Part shown: positions 6,402-15,289 of the stretch, piece after piece
Numbering within the stretch: the stretch's first letter is position 1
Layout of the letters: each line of letters begins with the position of its first letter
Assembly: GCA_023480925.1 (NCBI GenBank)
Contig: JAMCWY010000020.1
Coordinates: 1 to 22,725, forward strand
Direction of reading: 5' to 3'
DNA from: Patescibacteria group bacterium
GTDB lineage: Bacteria > Patescibacteriota > Minisyncoccia > UBA6257 > HR35
Length of the DNA stretch: 22,725 nt
The notes under the pieces: generated by a model
Databases searched by the model: none
What the model saw: only the letters and a program-made list of their open reading frames with translations
What the model was told of the DNA's origin: nothing
Program-made: the position numbers and the translations under genes

Positions 6402-7310
6402 ATGGTTTCAGTTTATTCTCAGCAGCGTTTAAATAACCAAAAGACTTGGCTTTTGATGACGATTTTTCTTTGTTTGGTTATCGCGATCTCGTTTGTTTTC
6501 GCTCAGCTTCTGGGTAATTCGCTTATTTTGTATTTTGGCGTTGGTTTCGCCTTGATTATGAATATTTTTTCTTACTGGTATAGCGACAAAATGGTTATCG
6601 CTATGACTGGCGCTAAACCGATTGAGAGATCGGATTATCCCGAACCTTATCGGATTTTGGAAAACTTGTCAATCGCGGCTGGTTTGGCTCAAACGCCAAA
6701 ACTTTACCTACTTAATTCCGACGCGATCAACGCTTTTGCCACCGGCCGGGATAAAAAGAACGCGGTCGTGGCGGTAACGAGCGGCGCTTTGCGAAAATTA
6801 AACGATAAGGAACTGGAAGGAGTTTTCGCTCACGAACTTTCTCATGTTTTGAATTCCGACATCAAAATTATGACAATCGCGACGATCTTAGCCGGGATTA
6901 TGGCGATTTTGGCGAATTTTTTTCTTAACTCGCTTTTTTGGGGCGGTTTAGGCGGACGTCGACGCGACGATGAAGGCAATAATGTTATTTTTTTGATCAT
7001 TGGTTTAGCTGTTGCTATTCTGGCGCCGATCTTCGCTCAATTGATGCAGTTGGCGATTTCTCGCAAGCGCGAGTTCTTAGCCGATACCTCCGGCGTTCTT
7101 TTAACTCGTTATCCGCAAGGTCTAATTAGCGCCTTGGAAAAGATTGGCAATGACGAAAATATTTTGAAAACGCCGCCGGCAACCGCTCATCTTTATATTT
7201 CTAATCCTTTCCGAGAAAATAAAAGTTTTCTTGGTTGGATGGGCAATCTTTTCGCCGATCATCCGCCTCTTGACCAAAGAATCAAGGCGCTTCGATCGGT
7301 GGCGGTTTAG
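6402..7310 (+). CDS. htpX: Zinc metalloprotease HtpX (peptidase M48)
   Basis: HELSHV zinc motif, a downstream EFLAD, four TM segments, and HPPLDQRI at the C-terminus. Confidence 0.85.
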   Translation: MVSVYSQQRLNNQKTWLLMTIFLCLVIAISFVFAQLLGNSLILYFGVGFALIMNIFSYWYSDKMVIAMTGAKPIERSDYPEPYRILENLSIAAGLAQTPKLYLLNSDAINAFATGRDKKNAVVAVTSGALRKLNDKELEGVFAHELSHVLNSDIKIMTIATILAGIMAILANFFLNSLFWGGLGGRRRDDEGNNVIFLIIGLAVAILAPIFAQLMQLAISRKREFLADTSGVLLTRYPQGLISALEKIGNDENILKTPPATAHLYISNPFRENKSFLGWMGNLFADHPPLDQRIKALRSVAV

Positions 7311-7372
7311 ATTTGTTATTTTGGCGCTGATGGTTGCTTCGATTTTCTAAAATTTGAATTTAAAATATATCA

Positions 7373-9745
7373 ATGGAAAATTTTGGTTTAAGCCAAAGTC
7401 AGGCCGAAGCAAAGTTGAAAGAGTATGGTTTAAACGAAATTCCTTCGGAAAAGAAAAACTTTTTTGAAAAAATTTTTAAATGGTTGATATCGCCGATCTC
7501 GTTAATGCTCTTGACCGCGGCTTTAATTTCTCTCGTCATCGGCAAAATCTTTAATTTTTTCTTTATTTTGGGTTTGATGGTTTTAAACTTTAGTATTTCA
7601 TTTTGGCAGGAAAATAAAGCTGATCGGGCGATTGAAAAATTAAACAAGCAGTTAAATAATCAGGTCAAAGTTTATCGCGATCAGAAATGGCAATGGCTCG
7701 ACTCGCGTTTTTTGGCGCCGGAAGATTTAATTGAATTGACAATCGGCGATATTGTTCCGGCCGACGCTAAGATTGTCGAGGCAAAAAACTTGAGTTTAAA
7801 CGAGGCAGCGGTCACTGGCGAATCGTTGCCGAAAGATAAGACCGCCAACGATTTGATTTACGCTGGCTCTTTCGTCGCGACCGGTTGGGCGCGAATGGTT
7901 TTAACCGCGACGGGCAAAAACACCTATTTCGGCAAGACGGTTTTTTTGATCGAGCGTTCGAATCGGAAGAGCTTACTTGAACAGGATATTATTCGAATTT
8001 CTAAATTTCTTTCTTATTTAAGCTTAATTGGCGTTATTATTTTTAGTGTTTTTTTTATTTGGCAAAAATTTCCTTTGCCTGATTTAATCATTCTTGATTT
8101 AAGTTTGATTATCGCCGGCATCCCGATCAGTCTGCCGACGGTTATGACTCTGGTGATTGAGTTCGGCGTAATTGAGTTGGCAAAAAAGAACGCCCTGGTT
8201 AGAAGAATTTCCGCCTTGGAGGATTTTGCCAACGTCGATTTGGTTTTGACCGATAAGACTGGAACGTTGACTAAGAACGAAATTAGCGTTCAAGAAATTA
8301 TTCCTTATAGCCAAAAAAGTTTGGCCGAAATAATTTCACTCGCTCTTTTTGGCGCCAGTCAAGACGATCGTAGTCCGATTAATCGAGCGATTTTAAATAA
8401 AGCCAAAGAGTTAAAATTGAGTTTCGAAGCGGATAAGTTGATCGATTTTGTTCCGGCCGATTCCGACCGAAAAAGAAATTCGGTTGTGATTAAAGCGGCC
8501 AGCCAAAAAATTTTGATTGATGTTGGCGCCAGCCAGGTCATTGAAGGTTTGGTTAATTTAGATCAGGCGGCCAAAGTCAGACTTGAATCGGATGTCATTC
8601 GTTTGGCTCAATCCGGTTACCGCGTTTTAGCCGTGGCGACTAAAACAGGTGATAATCCCGTTGAAGCGGAGATGGATCTGATCGGTTTAATCGTTCTTTC
8701 CGATACGCTTGAACCGGACGCGAACGAAGTTCTTGATTTTATGAAAAATAACGGTATTAGCGTTAAAATTGTCACCGGCGACAATCGGGCGATTGGTCAG
8801 GAGGTGTCGCGAAAATTAGGTTTGGCCGGCCGTATCATCGATCGAACCGAGTTAAGTCGACTTGATTACGATCAACTCAAGCCGAATTGGCTGAATGACG
8901 TTGCTGGTTTTTCGGAAATCTTGCCTCGAGATAAATTTAATTTGGTCAAGTGGGCGAGAAAATATTTTATTGTCGCTTCGACCGGCGATGGCGTTAACGA
9001 TTTGCCGGCTTTGAAAGAAGCCAATGTTGGCATTGCCGTCAAGAACGCCGTTGACGCCTTAAAGTCGACCGCCGATATCGTTCTTTTGTCGAGCGGCGTT
9101 TCCGTGATCAAGGACGCGATCATTGAGAGCCGTCGGATTTTCGCTCGGCTTTACACTTATTCAACCTATCGAATTTCCGAGAGCTTGCGTTTGATCGTTA
9201 CGATTGTCGTTCTTGGCCTAATTTATAAAACCTATCCGTTAACGCCGATCCAAATTATGGTTATAGCTCTTTTGAACGATCTTCCGATTATCACTTTGGC
9301 TTTTGATCGGGTCAAGTTGACGAATAAACCGTCGAAAATAAACGTCAAAGATCGATTCCAACTCAGTACCATTTTCGGTTTGGCCGGCGTCGCCAATAGT
9401 TTAATTTTGTTCTTTCTAATGAAACATGTCTGGTTTTTGAGTTGGCCGCTGATTAAAACGGTCTACTTTTTAAAAATCGTTATCTCGGGCGATATGCTGA
9501 TTTATATCGCTCACACCAAAGAGCGATGGTATAAATTTCTGCCGAGCCGTCAAGTTATTTTGGCAACAATCTTTATCCAACTCAGCGGCATCGCTTTGGC
9601 TATGAGCGGTTTGATGATGCCGGTTGCCATTTCGCTCGGCTGGGTTGTTTTTGTCTGGCTCTGGTCGTTTATGTGGATGCAAATTACCGAACTGACGAAA
9701 TTTGTCCAGTCAAAATTGGCTAACGAACAAATTAACCAAAATTAA
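7373..9745 (+). CDS. P-type cation-transporting ATPase, most similar in motifs to type IIIA plasma-membrane H+-ATPases
   Basis: Contains DKTGTLT (phosphorylation site), TGES, TGDGVNDLPALK, the N-terminal GLSQSQAEAKLKEYGLNEIP and LNDLPIITLAFDRV (compare LNDGTIMTISKDRV in PMA-type pumps). The subtype is inference. Confidence 0.8.
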   Translation: MENFGLSQSQAEAKLKEYGLNEIPSEKKNFFEKIFKWLISPISLMLLTAALISLVIGKIFNFFFILGLMVLNFSISFWQENKADRAIEKLNKQLNNQVKVYRDQKWQWLDSRFLAPEDLIELTIGDIVPADAKIVEAKNLSLNEAAVTGESLPKDKTANDLIYAGSFVATGWARMVLTATGKNTYFGKTVFLIERSNRKSLLEQDIIRISKFLSYLSLIGVIIFSVFFIWQKFPLPDLIILDLSLIIAGIPISLPTVMTLVIEFGVIELAKKNALVRRISALEDFANVDLVLTDKTGTLTKNEISVQEIIPYSQKSLAEIISLALFGASQDDRSPINRAILNKAKELKLSFEADKLIDFVPADSDRKRNSVVIKAASQKILIDVGASQVIEGLVNLDQAAKVRLESDVIRLAQSGYRVLAVATKTGDNPVEAEMDLIGLIVLSDTLEPDANEVLDFMKNNGISVKIVTGDNRAIGQEVSRKLGLAGRIIDRTELSRLDYDQLKPNWLNDVAGFSEILPRDKFNLVKWARKYFIVASTGDGVNDLPALKEANVGIAVKNAVDALKSTADIVLLSSGVSVIKDAIIESRRIFARLYTYSTYRISESLRLIVTIVVLGLIYKTYPLTPIQIMVIALLNDLPIITLAFDRVKLTNKPSKINVKDRFQLSTIFGLAGVANSLILFFLMKHVWFLSWPLIKTVYFLKIVISGDMLIYIAHTKERWYKFLPSRQVILATIFIQLSGIALAMSGLMMPVAISLGWVVFVWLWSFMWMQITELTKFVQSKLANEQINQN

Positions 9746-9984
9746 ACTTTTGACGAAATTTAAATTAAAATTTTTAAACTCGCTCTAATGGAAACTTATA
9801 TTTGATATATAATGAGGATGGAATTTGATTTAAGGTTAACCTAAATCGTGAATAGTCTTATAAAATAACGTTTTTAATATATTATTTTATAGGCTCAAGT
9901 TCGGAAGATTTTAAGCGAAGGTTTTTATTAAAAATGATTTGTTCTTGATTCAAATTTTTTCAGTCCGAGAAAATTAGATTTGCG

Positions 9985-9993
9985 TGATATAAT
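9985..9993 (+). promoter_or_regulatory. Possible extended -10 promoter element (TGaTATAAT) for the SIMPL gene pair
   Basis: TGATATAAT lies about 50 nt upstream of ATG 10042. There is no good -35. Confidence 0.3.
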
Positions 9994-10041
9994 AAAAAAG
10001 TTATTAAGTATTTAGTTAAAAGCATTAAATATTTTTTAAAG

Positions 10042-10794
10042 ATGGAACAGAAAAATAATTTAATTTTCGCCAGTTTTATCTTGGCTGTTGCCTTAATTAT
10101 TGTCGCTTTTATTGTTTCAAGCGCGGTTTATCATATTAAGGCTTTGGCTTATGGTTTAAGTGTGACCGGTTCGGCTGAAAAAATCGTTACTTCAGACACG
10201 GCCAAATGGACGAGCAGTTTTTCCCGCAACGTCGGTTTAACCAATATAACGACAGGATCAAGCGAAATGAAGAGTGATTTAGCGACAATTTTGGCTTACT
10301 TTAATAAAAACGGTATTCCCTCAAGCACGATTACGATTGAACCGATGACGACAAATTCTGTTTATGATAATAGTTTTGGCAAACCAGGTTATTATGGCGG
10401 CGGCGGCAGTTTGATCGGTTATAGTTTTCAACAACAAATTACGGTTGAATCAAATAATATTAAGGCGATCACGGCCTTAGCTCAAAAGGCGGCGACGGAT
10501 CTGACCGAAGCCGGCGTGATTTTTTCCAGCCAGCCGGTTCAGTATTATTACTCAAAATTGTCCGACTTAAGGGTGGCGTTGTTGGCGGCGGCAACTCAAA
10601 ACGCCAAAGATCGAGCTGAGCAGATTGTTAAAAGCGTTGGTTCGGTTCTGGGGCCGTTGCGTTCAGCCAGTCAGGGTGTTTTTCAGATTACGCCTGTCAA
10701 CTCGGCCGAGTTTTCCGGTTATGGCTTTTATGATACGAGCGCGATCGAGAAAAAGGTCACCGCGATCGTCAATGTTTCATTTGGATTAAAATAA
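10042..10794 (+). CDS. SIMPL/DUF541 domain protein, membrane anchored
   Basis: N-terminal TM helix, with size and alternating pattern similar to the neighbouring clearer SIMPL protein. A..A..A..QA motif region: LLAAATQNAKDRAEQI. Confidence 0.55.
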   Translation: MEQKNNLIFASFILAVALIIVAFIVSSAVYHIKALAYGLSVTGSAEKIVTSDTAKWTSSFSRNVGLTNITTGSSEMKSDLATILAYFNKNGIPSSTITIEPMTTNSVYDNSFGKPGYYGGGGSLIGYSFQQQITVESNNIKAITALAQKAATDLTEAGVIFSSQPVQYYYSKLSDLRVALLAAATQNAKDRAEQIVKSVGSVLGPLRSASQGVFQITPVNSAEFSGYGFYDTSAIEKKVTAIVNVSFGLK

Positions 10795-10837
10795 TTGAAC
10801 TAAAAAATAACGGTCAAAATTGAAAATAAAGTTTTAA

Positions 10838-11626
10838 ATGGGAGAGCAAATAAAAAATCAGTTAAAAAATTATATCGGCATTTTAGTTTGGGGCAGTTTG
10901 ATTATTTGTTTGATTTTCGCTTACGCCGCGATTATTTTTGTCAGATCTTATGGCCAATCAATTTCGTCTAAACAAACTTTTACCGTCTCAGCCGAAGGCA
11001 AGGCAGTTGGTTTGCCCGACGTGGCTAAAGTTAGTTTCGGCGTTATCAGCCAGGGCGGTTTAGATTTAAGTCTGACCCAACAAGAAAACACGACCAATGC
11101 GAATAAGATAATTGGTTTTCTTAAATCAAAACAAATCGATCCAAAGGATATTCAAACAATAAATTATTCGATCGAGCCGCGTTATCAGTCTTATCATTGT
11201 CCGATTGACGCGAATATTTGCCCGCCGGCCGACATCGTTGGTTATACTATTAATCAAACTGTTCAAGTTAAAATTAGAAATTTCACCCAAATTGGCGCGA
11301 TCTTGTCCGGTTTGGTCGCTAATGGCGCCAACTCGGTTTCGAATTTAAGTTTCGTTATTGACAGTCCGACCGCGGTTCAAAATCAGGCGCGTTCAGAAGC
11401 GATTGCCAAAGCGGAAGCGGAAGCGGCGTCGGTCGCGACTCAGGCCGGTTTTCGTCTTGGTCGCTTAGTTTCGATTCAAGCGTCGCCGCCGAATTCATTT
11501 CCAGAGCCGATTTATAATAATACTTCGTTTGGCGCGGTTCGGTCAATGGCGGCGCCAGCACCAACGATCGAACCTGGCTCTCAAACAGTCAGAATCGAAG
11601 TGACTTTAAAATACGAAATTAAATAA
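10838..11626 (+). CDS. SIMPL/DUF541 domain protein (26-kDa periplasmic immunogenic protein-like)
   Basis: TFTVSAEGKAVGLPDVAKVSFGV...NANKIIGFLKSKQIDPKDIQTINYSIEPRY...ARSEAIAKAEAEA...IEPGSQTVRIEVTLKYEI matches the SIMPL layout. Confidence 0.7.
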   Translation: MGEQIKNQLKNYIGILVWGSLIICLIFAYAAIIFVRSYGQSISSKQTFTVSAEGKAVGLPDVAKVSFGVISQGGLDLSLTQQENTTNANKIIGFLKSKQIDPKDIQTINYSIEPRYQSYHCPIDANICPPADIVGYTINQTVQVKIRNFTQIGAILSGLVANGANSVSNLSFVIDSPTAVQNQARSEAIAKAEAEAASVATQAGFRLGRLVSIQASPPNSFPEPIYNNTSFGAVRSMAAPAPTIEPGSQTVRIEVTLKYEIK

Positions 11627-11803
11627 ATCGCGGTCCAAATAATAATCGCGATTATTTGGATTATCGAATCAGCCGGCTTTTTTGTTTTATTAGGAACGTT
11701 TTAATTTTTTTTCAGAGCGCTAAAATGTAAAATAAATTTTAGCCAAAAATCATTTCTTATTTTTAGGGGAAAAATTGGGAAGAACTTTGGCCCGGATATT
11801 TTT

Positions 11804-12397
11804 CTAAACTCCGATTAAACGGAAAATGAGTTGGATGAAATTGAAAAACCAGTTGCCAAAAAACAAAAGAAAAGCTAAGACTAAAATTAAGCCATAACGT
11901 TCAAGGAAAATTTGGGTTTGAATCGGCATTTGATTAAGAAAAATTCGCGAACCATCAAGAGGCGGGATTGGAATAAGATTGAAAAGAGCCAAAATCAGGT
12001 TTATTTCGATTGGAAAAACTAAAAACGATTTAAAGGCGAATAAGTTGACCGGCAAGAGATGATAGAAAACGATAAAAATCGTCATTAAAATCAAATTTGA
12101 AGCCGGTCCGGCTAAAGCGACCAAGACGCTGTCGCGTTTCGGGTTTTTGAGATTATAAGGGTTATAGGGAACGGGTTTGGCCCAGCCGAAGATGAACCCG
12201 CCAAAATAAAAAGAAAGAGCGGGGATAACAACGCTGCCGATTGGATCAATGTGGGGCAGAGGATTGAGGGTCAAACGGCCGGCCAGTCGAGCGGTCGGAT
12301 CGCCCAAGTGGTCGGCAACGAGACCGTGAGAGACTTCGTGGATGATAATAGAAAAGATAAGCGTGATCACGACTAAAATAATCGCGGTTATTGTCAT
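11804..12397 (-). CDS. Site-2 protease family (peptidase M50) membrane metalloprotease, short form without PDZ
   Basis: HEVSHGLVA HExxH motif in TM1 and FNLIPIPPLDGSRI (NxxPxxxLDG) motif. Confidence 0.85.
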   Translation of the reverse strand: MTITAIILVVITLIFSIIIHEVSHGLVADHLGDPTARLAGRLTLNPLPHIDPIGSVVIPALSFYFGGFIFGWAKPVPYNPYNLKNPKRDSVLVALAGPASNLILMTIFIVFYHLLPVNLFAFKSFLVFPIEINLILALFNLIPIPPLDGSRIFLNQMPIQTQIFLERYGLILVLAFLLFFGNWFFNFIQLIFRLIGV

Positions 12398-12516
12398 AAT
12401 TAAACATTATACCGTAAATCATAAAATCTAAGACGGAAAAGATAAAGTGAAAATTAATAATTAGACCAATTGTTGAGACGCGAAATTATTCGACTGAAAA
12501 TTTTTTAGCCATAGAA

Positions 12517-14088
12517 TTAAGACACTGGGCAGAACAATTCGTTGGTTCGGTCGAAAGCCTTAAGGAGCAGATCGAGAAACGGGCTGCTCAGTTGACTTTT
12601 ATAAGATTTAATTTCTTTTAATTTTAATTCCTCGGTTTGTTTAGAGAGGGGGTAGGTTAACCAGTCGCAGTAGTTTTTTAAATTATCGGGTGGGTAGAGT
12701 CCCATCTTTGGATCAAAACGAAGCGGGTGAGGGTATTCAAAAATTTGCCAGTGGACGAGGAAAGTGTAAATTTTTGGTTTGGCGATTAAACCGCGATCAA
12801 GGAGTTGATCAACGGCCAAACGAACAAAGGTGTAAACGGTGCTATGATCGGGGTGAACATCAACCGGGCTGTGGGTGATGATAATATCCGGACGAATCGA
12901 GGCGATGATGTTTTCCATTAGATCGGTCAGGTTGCGGCCGGTATAGTTAATGTTTTTTCTATAAGCGTCAGGGTAGGCGGTTTGGCTCAAGCCGGTAAAC
13001 CTTGATTTTTCTGTTTTTAACCAATAACGAGTTAGGAGCGGTTTAAGACCCTCATCAGGGAAAGAAAGGTAGAAAGTCTGATTATTGGGTACGCCGGCCA
13101 AGGCTAAGGCTTTTTCATTTTCTTTGATTCGAATTTCACCCTCGCGGGTCATGTCTCTTTTGTCCAAGATTAAATTTTGATTGATTACGCTGGCGCTAAA
13201 ACGGTTAGCGTCGCCATTGGTGACGACGACGACATAAATTTGACTGCCATTTTTGATCGCGTCGGTGATATAGCCGCCCGCGCCGATAATCTCATCGTCA
13301 GGATGAGCGACCACGACTAAAATTCGTTCGCCTGGTCCCGGTGGCGGCATCTGGCCCGAAAGAAGCCGAGAAAAGAAAAATGGGCTGAAGAAAAGCAAAT
13401 AAACAACAATGACCGCGATAACGAGGTTGCTGATAAAAAGATGATTCTTGTAGGCTTTAACCATATCGATGAAAAATCTTGATTTACCCAGCCAAGCTCG
13501 GCCGATTGAATATTTTTGTTCTTTTTTGAGATGGTCGAGTCCGGATAGAGGAATGAAAAGAGTTATTAATTTAAGTTTACTGACTAAACGATTAAGCAAA
13601 ATTTCAAATTGATAGCGGCTTTTAAGAAATTTTTTGTCGTCGGCAATCGTTTCAAAAATTGATCGCTTAAGCGCGCGTTGACCAGAAATCTGAGGCAGGA
13701 ATTTTTGGATCTCATCGTCGGCCAGATAGCCAATGATCATATCGGCTTCGTCGTTTAAGGCTGGTTTGACAATTTTATTAATGTCGTTAACGGTTAAATT
13801 GATTAGGTCGGCGTCGAGCAAGAGAATAATGTCGCCGCTGGCGCGCTTAAAACCCTCCAATAAAGCGCCGCCCTTGCCTAAATTTTTTTCTGAATCAATA
13901 ACTAAATCCGCTTCGGCCTCTTTCGCTCTGGCCACGGTTTGGTCGTTTGAGCCGTCGGAAATAACGATGATTTCTTTAACTAGACCGGCCTGGCTGGCTT
14001 CTTTGACGATTTTGACGACCGAACCAACGGTTTTTTCTTCATTGTAAGCCGGGATCAGGCAGGAAACAGTTTTAATTTTTTCTGGCAT
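12517..14088 (-). CDS. Fusion protein: N-terminal family 2 glycosyltransferase, a central TM segment, and a C-terminal PIG-L/LmbE-family deacetylase
   Basis: GT2 half: SCLIPAYNEEKTVGSVV, ISDGSNDQT, LLLDADL (DxD). A TM helix follows (LFISNLVIAVIVVYLLFF). PIG-L half: ILVVVAHPDDEIIGAGG and VHPDHSTV motifs. Confidence 0.8.
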   Translation of the reverse strand: MPEKIKTVSCLIPAYNEEKTVGSVVKIVKEASQAGLVKEIIVISDGSNDQTVARAKEAEADLVIDSEKNLGKGGALLEGFKRASGDIILLLDADLINLTVNDINKIVKPALNDEADMIIGYLADDEIQKFLPQISGQRALKRSIFETIADDKKFLKSRYQFEILLNRLVSKLKLITLFIPLSGLDHLKKEQKYSIGRAWLGKSRFFIDMVKAYKNHLFISNLVIAVIVVYLLFFSPFFFSRLLSGQMPPPGPGERILVVVAHPDDEIIGAGGYITDAIKNGSQIYVVVVTNGDANRFSASVINQNLILDKRDMTREGEIRIKENEKALALAGVPNNQTFYLSFPDEGLKPLLTRYWLKTEKSRFTGLSQTAYPDAYRKNINYTGRNLTDLMENIIASIRPDIIITHSPVDVHPDHSTVYTFVRLAVDQLLDRGLIAKPKIYTFLVHWQIFEYPHPLRFDPKMGLYPPDNLKNYCDWLTYPLSKQTEELKLKEIKSYKSQLSSPFLDLLLKAFDRTNELFCPVS

Positions 14089-14236
14089 ATAAATTAAATA
14101 TTGTGAATATAAAAATAAATCCCAAGAGATTTTAATTCAGTTGAATAATATAAAAAATAAATATCGATTATAATAAAATAATTATAACAGAATCGACTGC
14201 TAATTCAATTTGTCCCAACCGAACTAATTAAAATAA

Positions 14237-15256
14237 ATGAATTTTAAACGGGTTAAATTTTATTTAACTTTATTTTTTGGTGGCTTGGTTTATATCTTGT
14301 TTATTTGGTATTTTTCAACCAAAGTTCATCTGACCGACATCGCTAAAATTTTTCAGGAGGGTTCTATTTTTTACCTTAGCTTGGCTGGTTTATGTGGGTT
14401 GACTATGATATTTTTCCAGGGGTTTCTTTTAAAAAAGGTTTTCAATCTTTACCAAATTGATTTAAGTTTAAAAGAAGCGCTGATGACTTGGTTGGTGACG
14501 CTTCCAGCTGGTCTTTTATCGATTGGTTTGGGCGGCCCGGCGATTATTTTTTACGTCGCCAACAAGAAACAGGAATCAAAAAAGATCGCGGCTCAGGCGA
14601 CTATTTCGTTTTTTCTTTTTTATCTTATCCCGATAATCTTTTTCGTTTTACTTGTCGCTAATTTTAGTTTTTATCAGATGACAAATCTCAAACCGATTGA
14701 TTTGCTTCTTCTCGTTTTTGATCTGATTTTTTTAATTTTATTTTTTCTTCTTTTGTTAAGCCGATCTTTCCGAGAAAAATTTTCTGGGTTAATTAAAACA
14801 ATTTTTCCAAAAATCGGACCAAAAGTTAGTTTCTTGAAACCAACATCGGTTTCAACTAGGGATTTTTTGATTACGTTGGTTATCTCGGCCTTGGTTACAA
14901 TTTTGAATTTCATCATTTTAATTTTCAGTCTTAAAACTTTTCAAATTAAAAGCAGTATTTTTTTAATCTCAAAAAATTTTATCGTCGCGGAAATTATTTC
15001 AATGGTTGCGCCAACCAGCGGCGGCGTCGGTTTTGTCGAAATTGGTCTGATCGGCTTTTTAAAATTGAGCGGTTTGTCGACAATCCAGGCGGTCCTGACG
15101 ACATTAGTCTATCGTTTAGTTAATTTTTGGCTGCCGTTTTTGTTTGGCGCTTTGATTCTCGTTTTCCGAGGTTATCATTTTGTTCAAAATCGGCTTGAAG
15201 ATAAAATAATCAGCGATGACGCTGAAGATACTTCAGTGAATCGGGATGAAGTTTAA
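14237..15256 (+). CDS. Polytopic membrane protein, possibly UPF0104 / lysyl-PG-synthase-TM-like 'flippase-like' family
   Basis: About 8 predicted TM helices, divergent from a GT2 gene, which is a common UPF0104 context. The family assignment is from topology and context only. Confidence 0.4.
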   Translation: MNFKRVKFYLTLFFGGLVYILFIWYFSTKVHLTDIAKIFQEGSIFYLSLAGLCGLTMIFFQGFLLKKVFNLYQIDLSLKEALMTWLVTLPAGLLSIGLGGPAIIFYVANKKQESKKIAAQATISFFLFYLIPIIFFVLLVANFSFYQMTNLKPIDLLLLVFDLIFLILFFLLLLSRSFREKFSGLIKTIFPKIGPKVSFLKPTSVSTRDFLITLVISALVTILNFIILIFSLKTFQIKSSIFLISKNFIVAEIISMVAPTSGGVGFVEIGLIGFLKLSGLSTIQAVLTTLVYRLVNFWLPFLFGALILVFRGYHFVQNRLEDKIISDDAEDTSVNRDEV

Positions 15257-15289
15257 AAAAAATCAGGTATAATACTCTAAAAATTATCA

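Noticed and set aside
7399-9682. Several 60-83-aa minus-strand ORFs inside the P-type ATPase gene
   Set aside because: They are antisense to a CDS with all the P-type ATPase signature motifs, and have no independent support.
11634-11682. Possible terminator between the SIMPL gene and the M50 gene (imperfect hairpin TCCAAAT..ATTTGGA, and AGCCGGCT followed by T6)
   Set aside because: The 8-mer palindrome is too short to fold with a viable loop, and the longer hairpin needs a bulge. It is plausible but not well enough supported to list as a feature.
12690-14047. Plus-strand ORFs 12690..12878 and 13733..14047 inside the GT2/PIG-L gene
   Set aside because: They are antisense shadow ORFs of a well-supported CDS.
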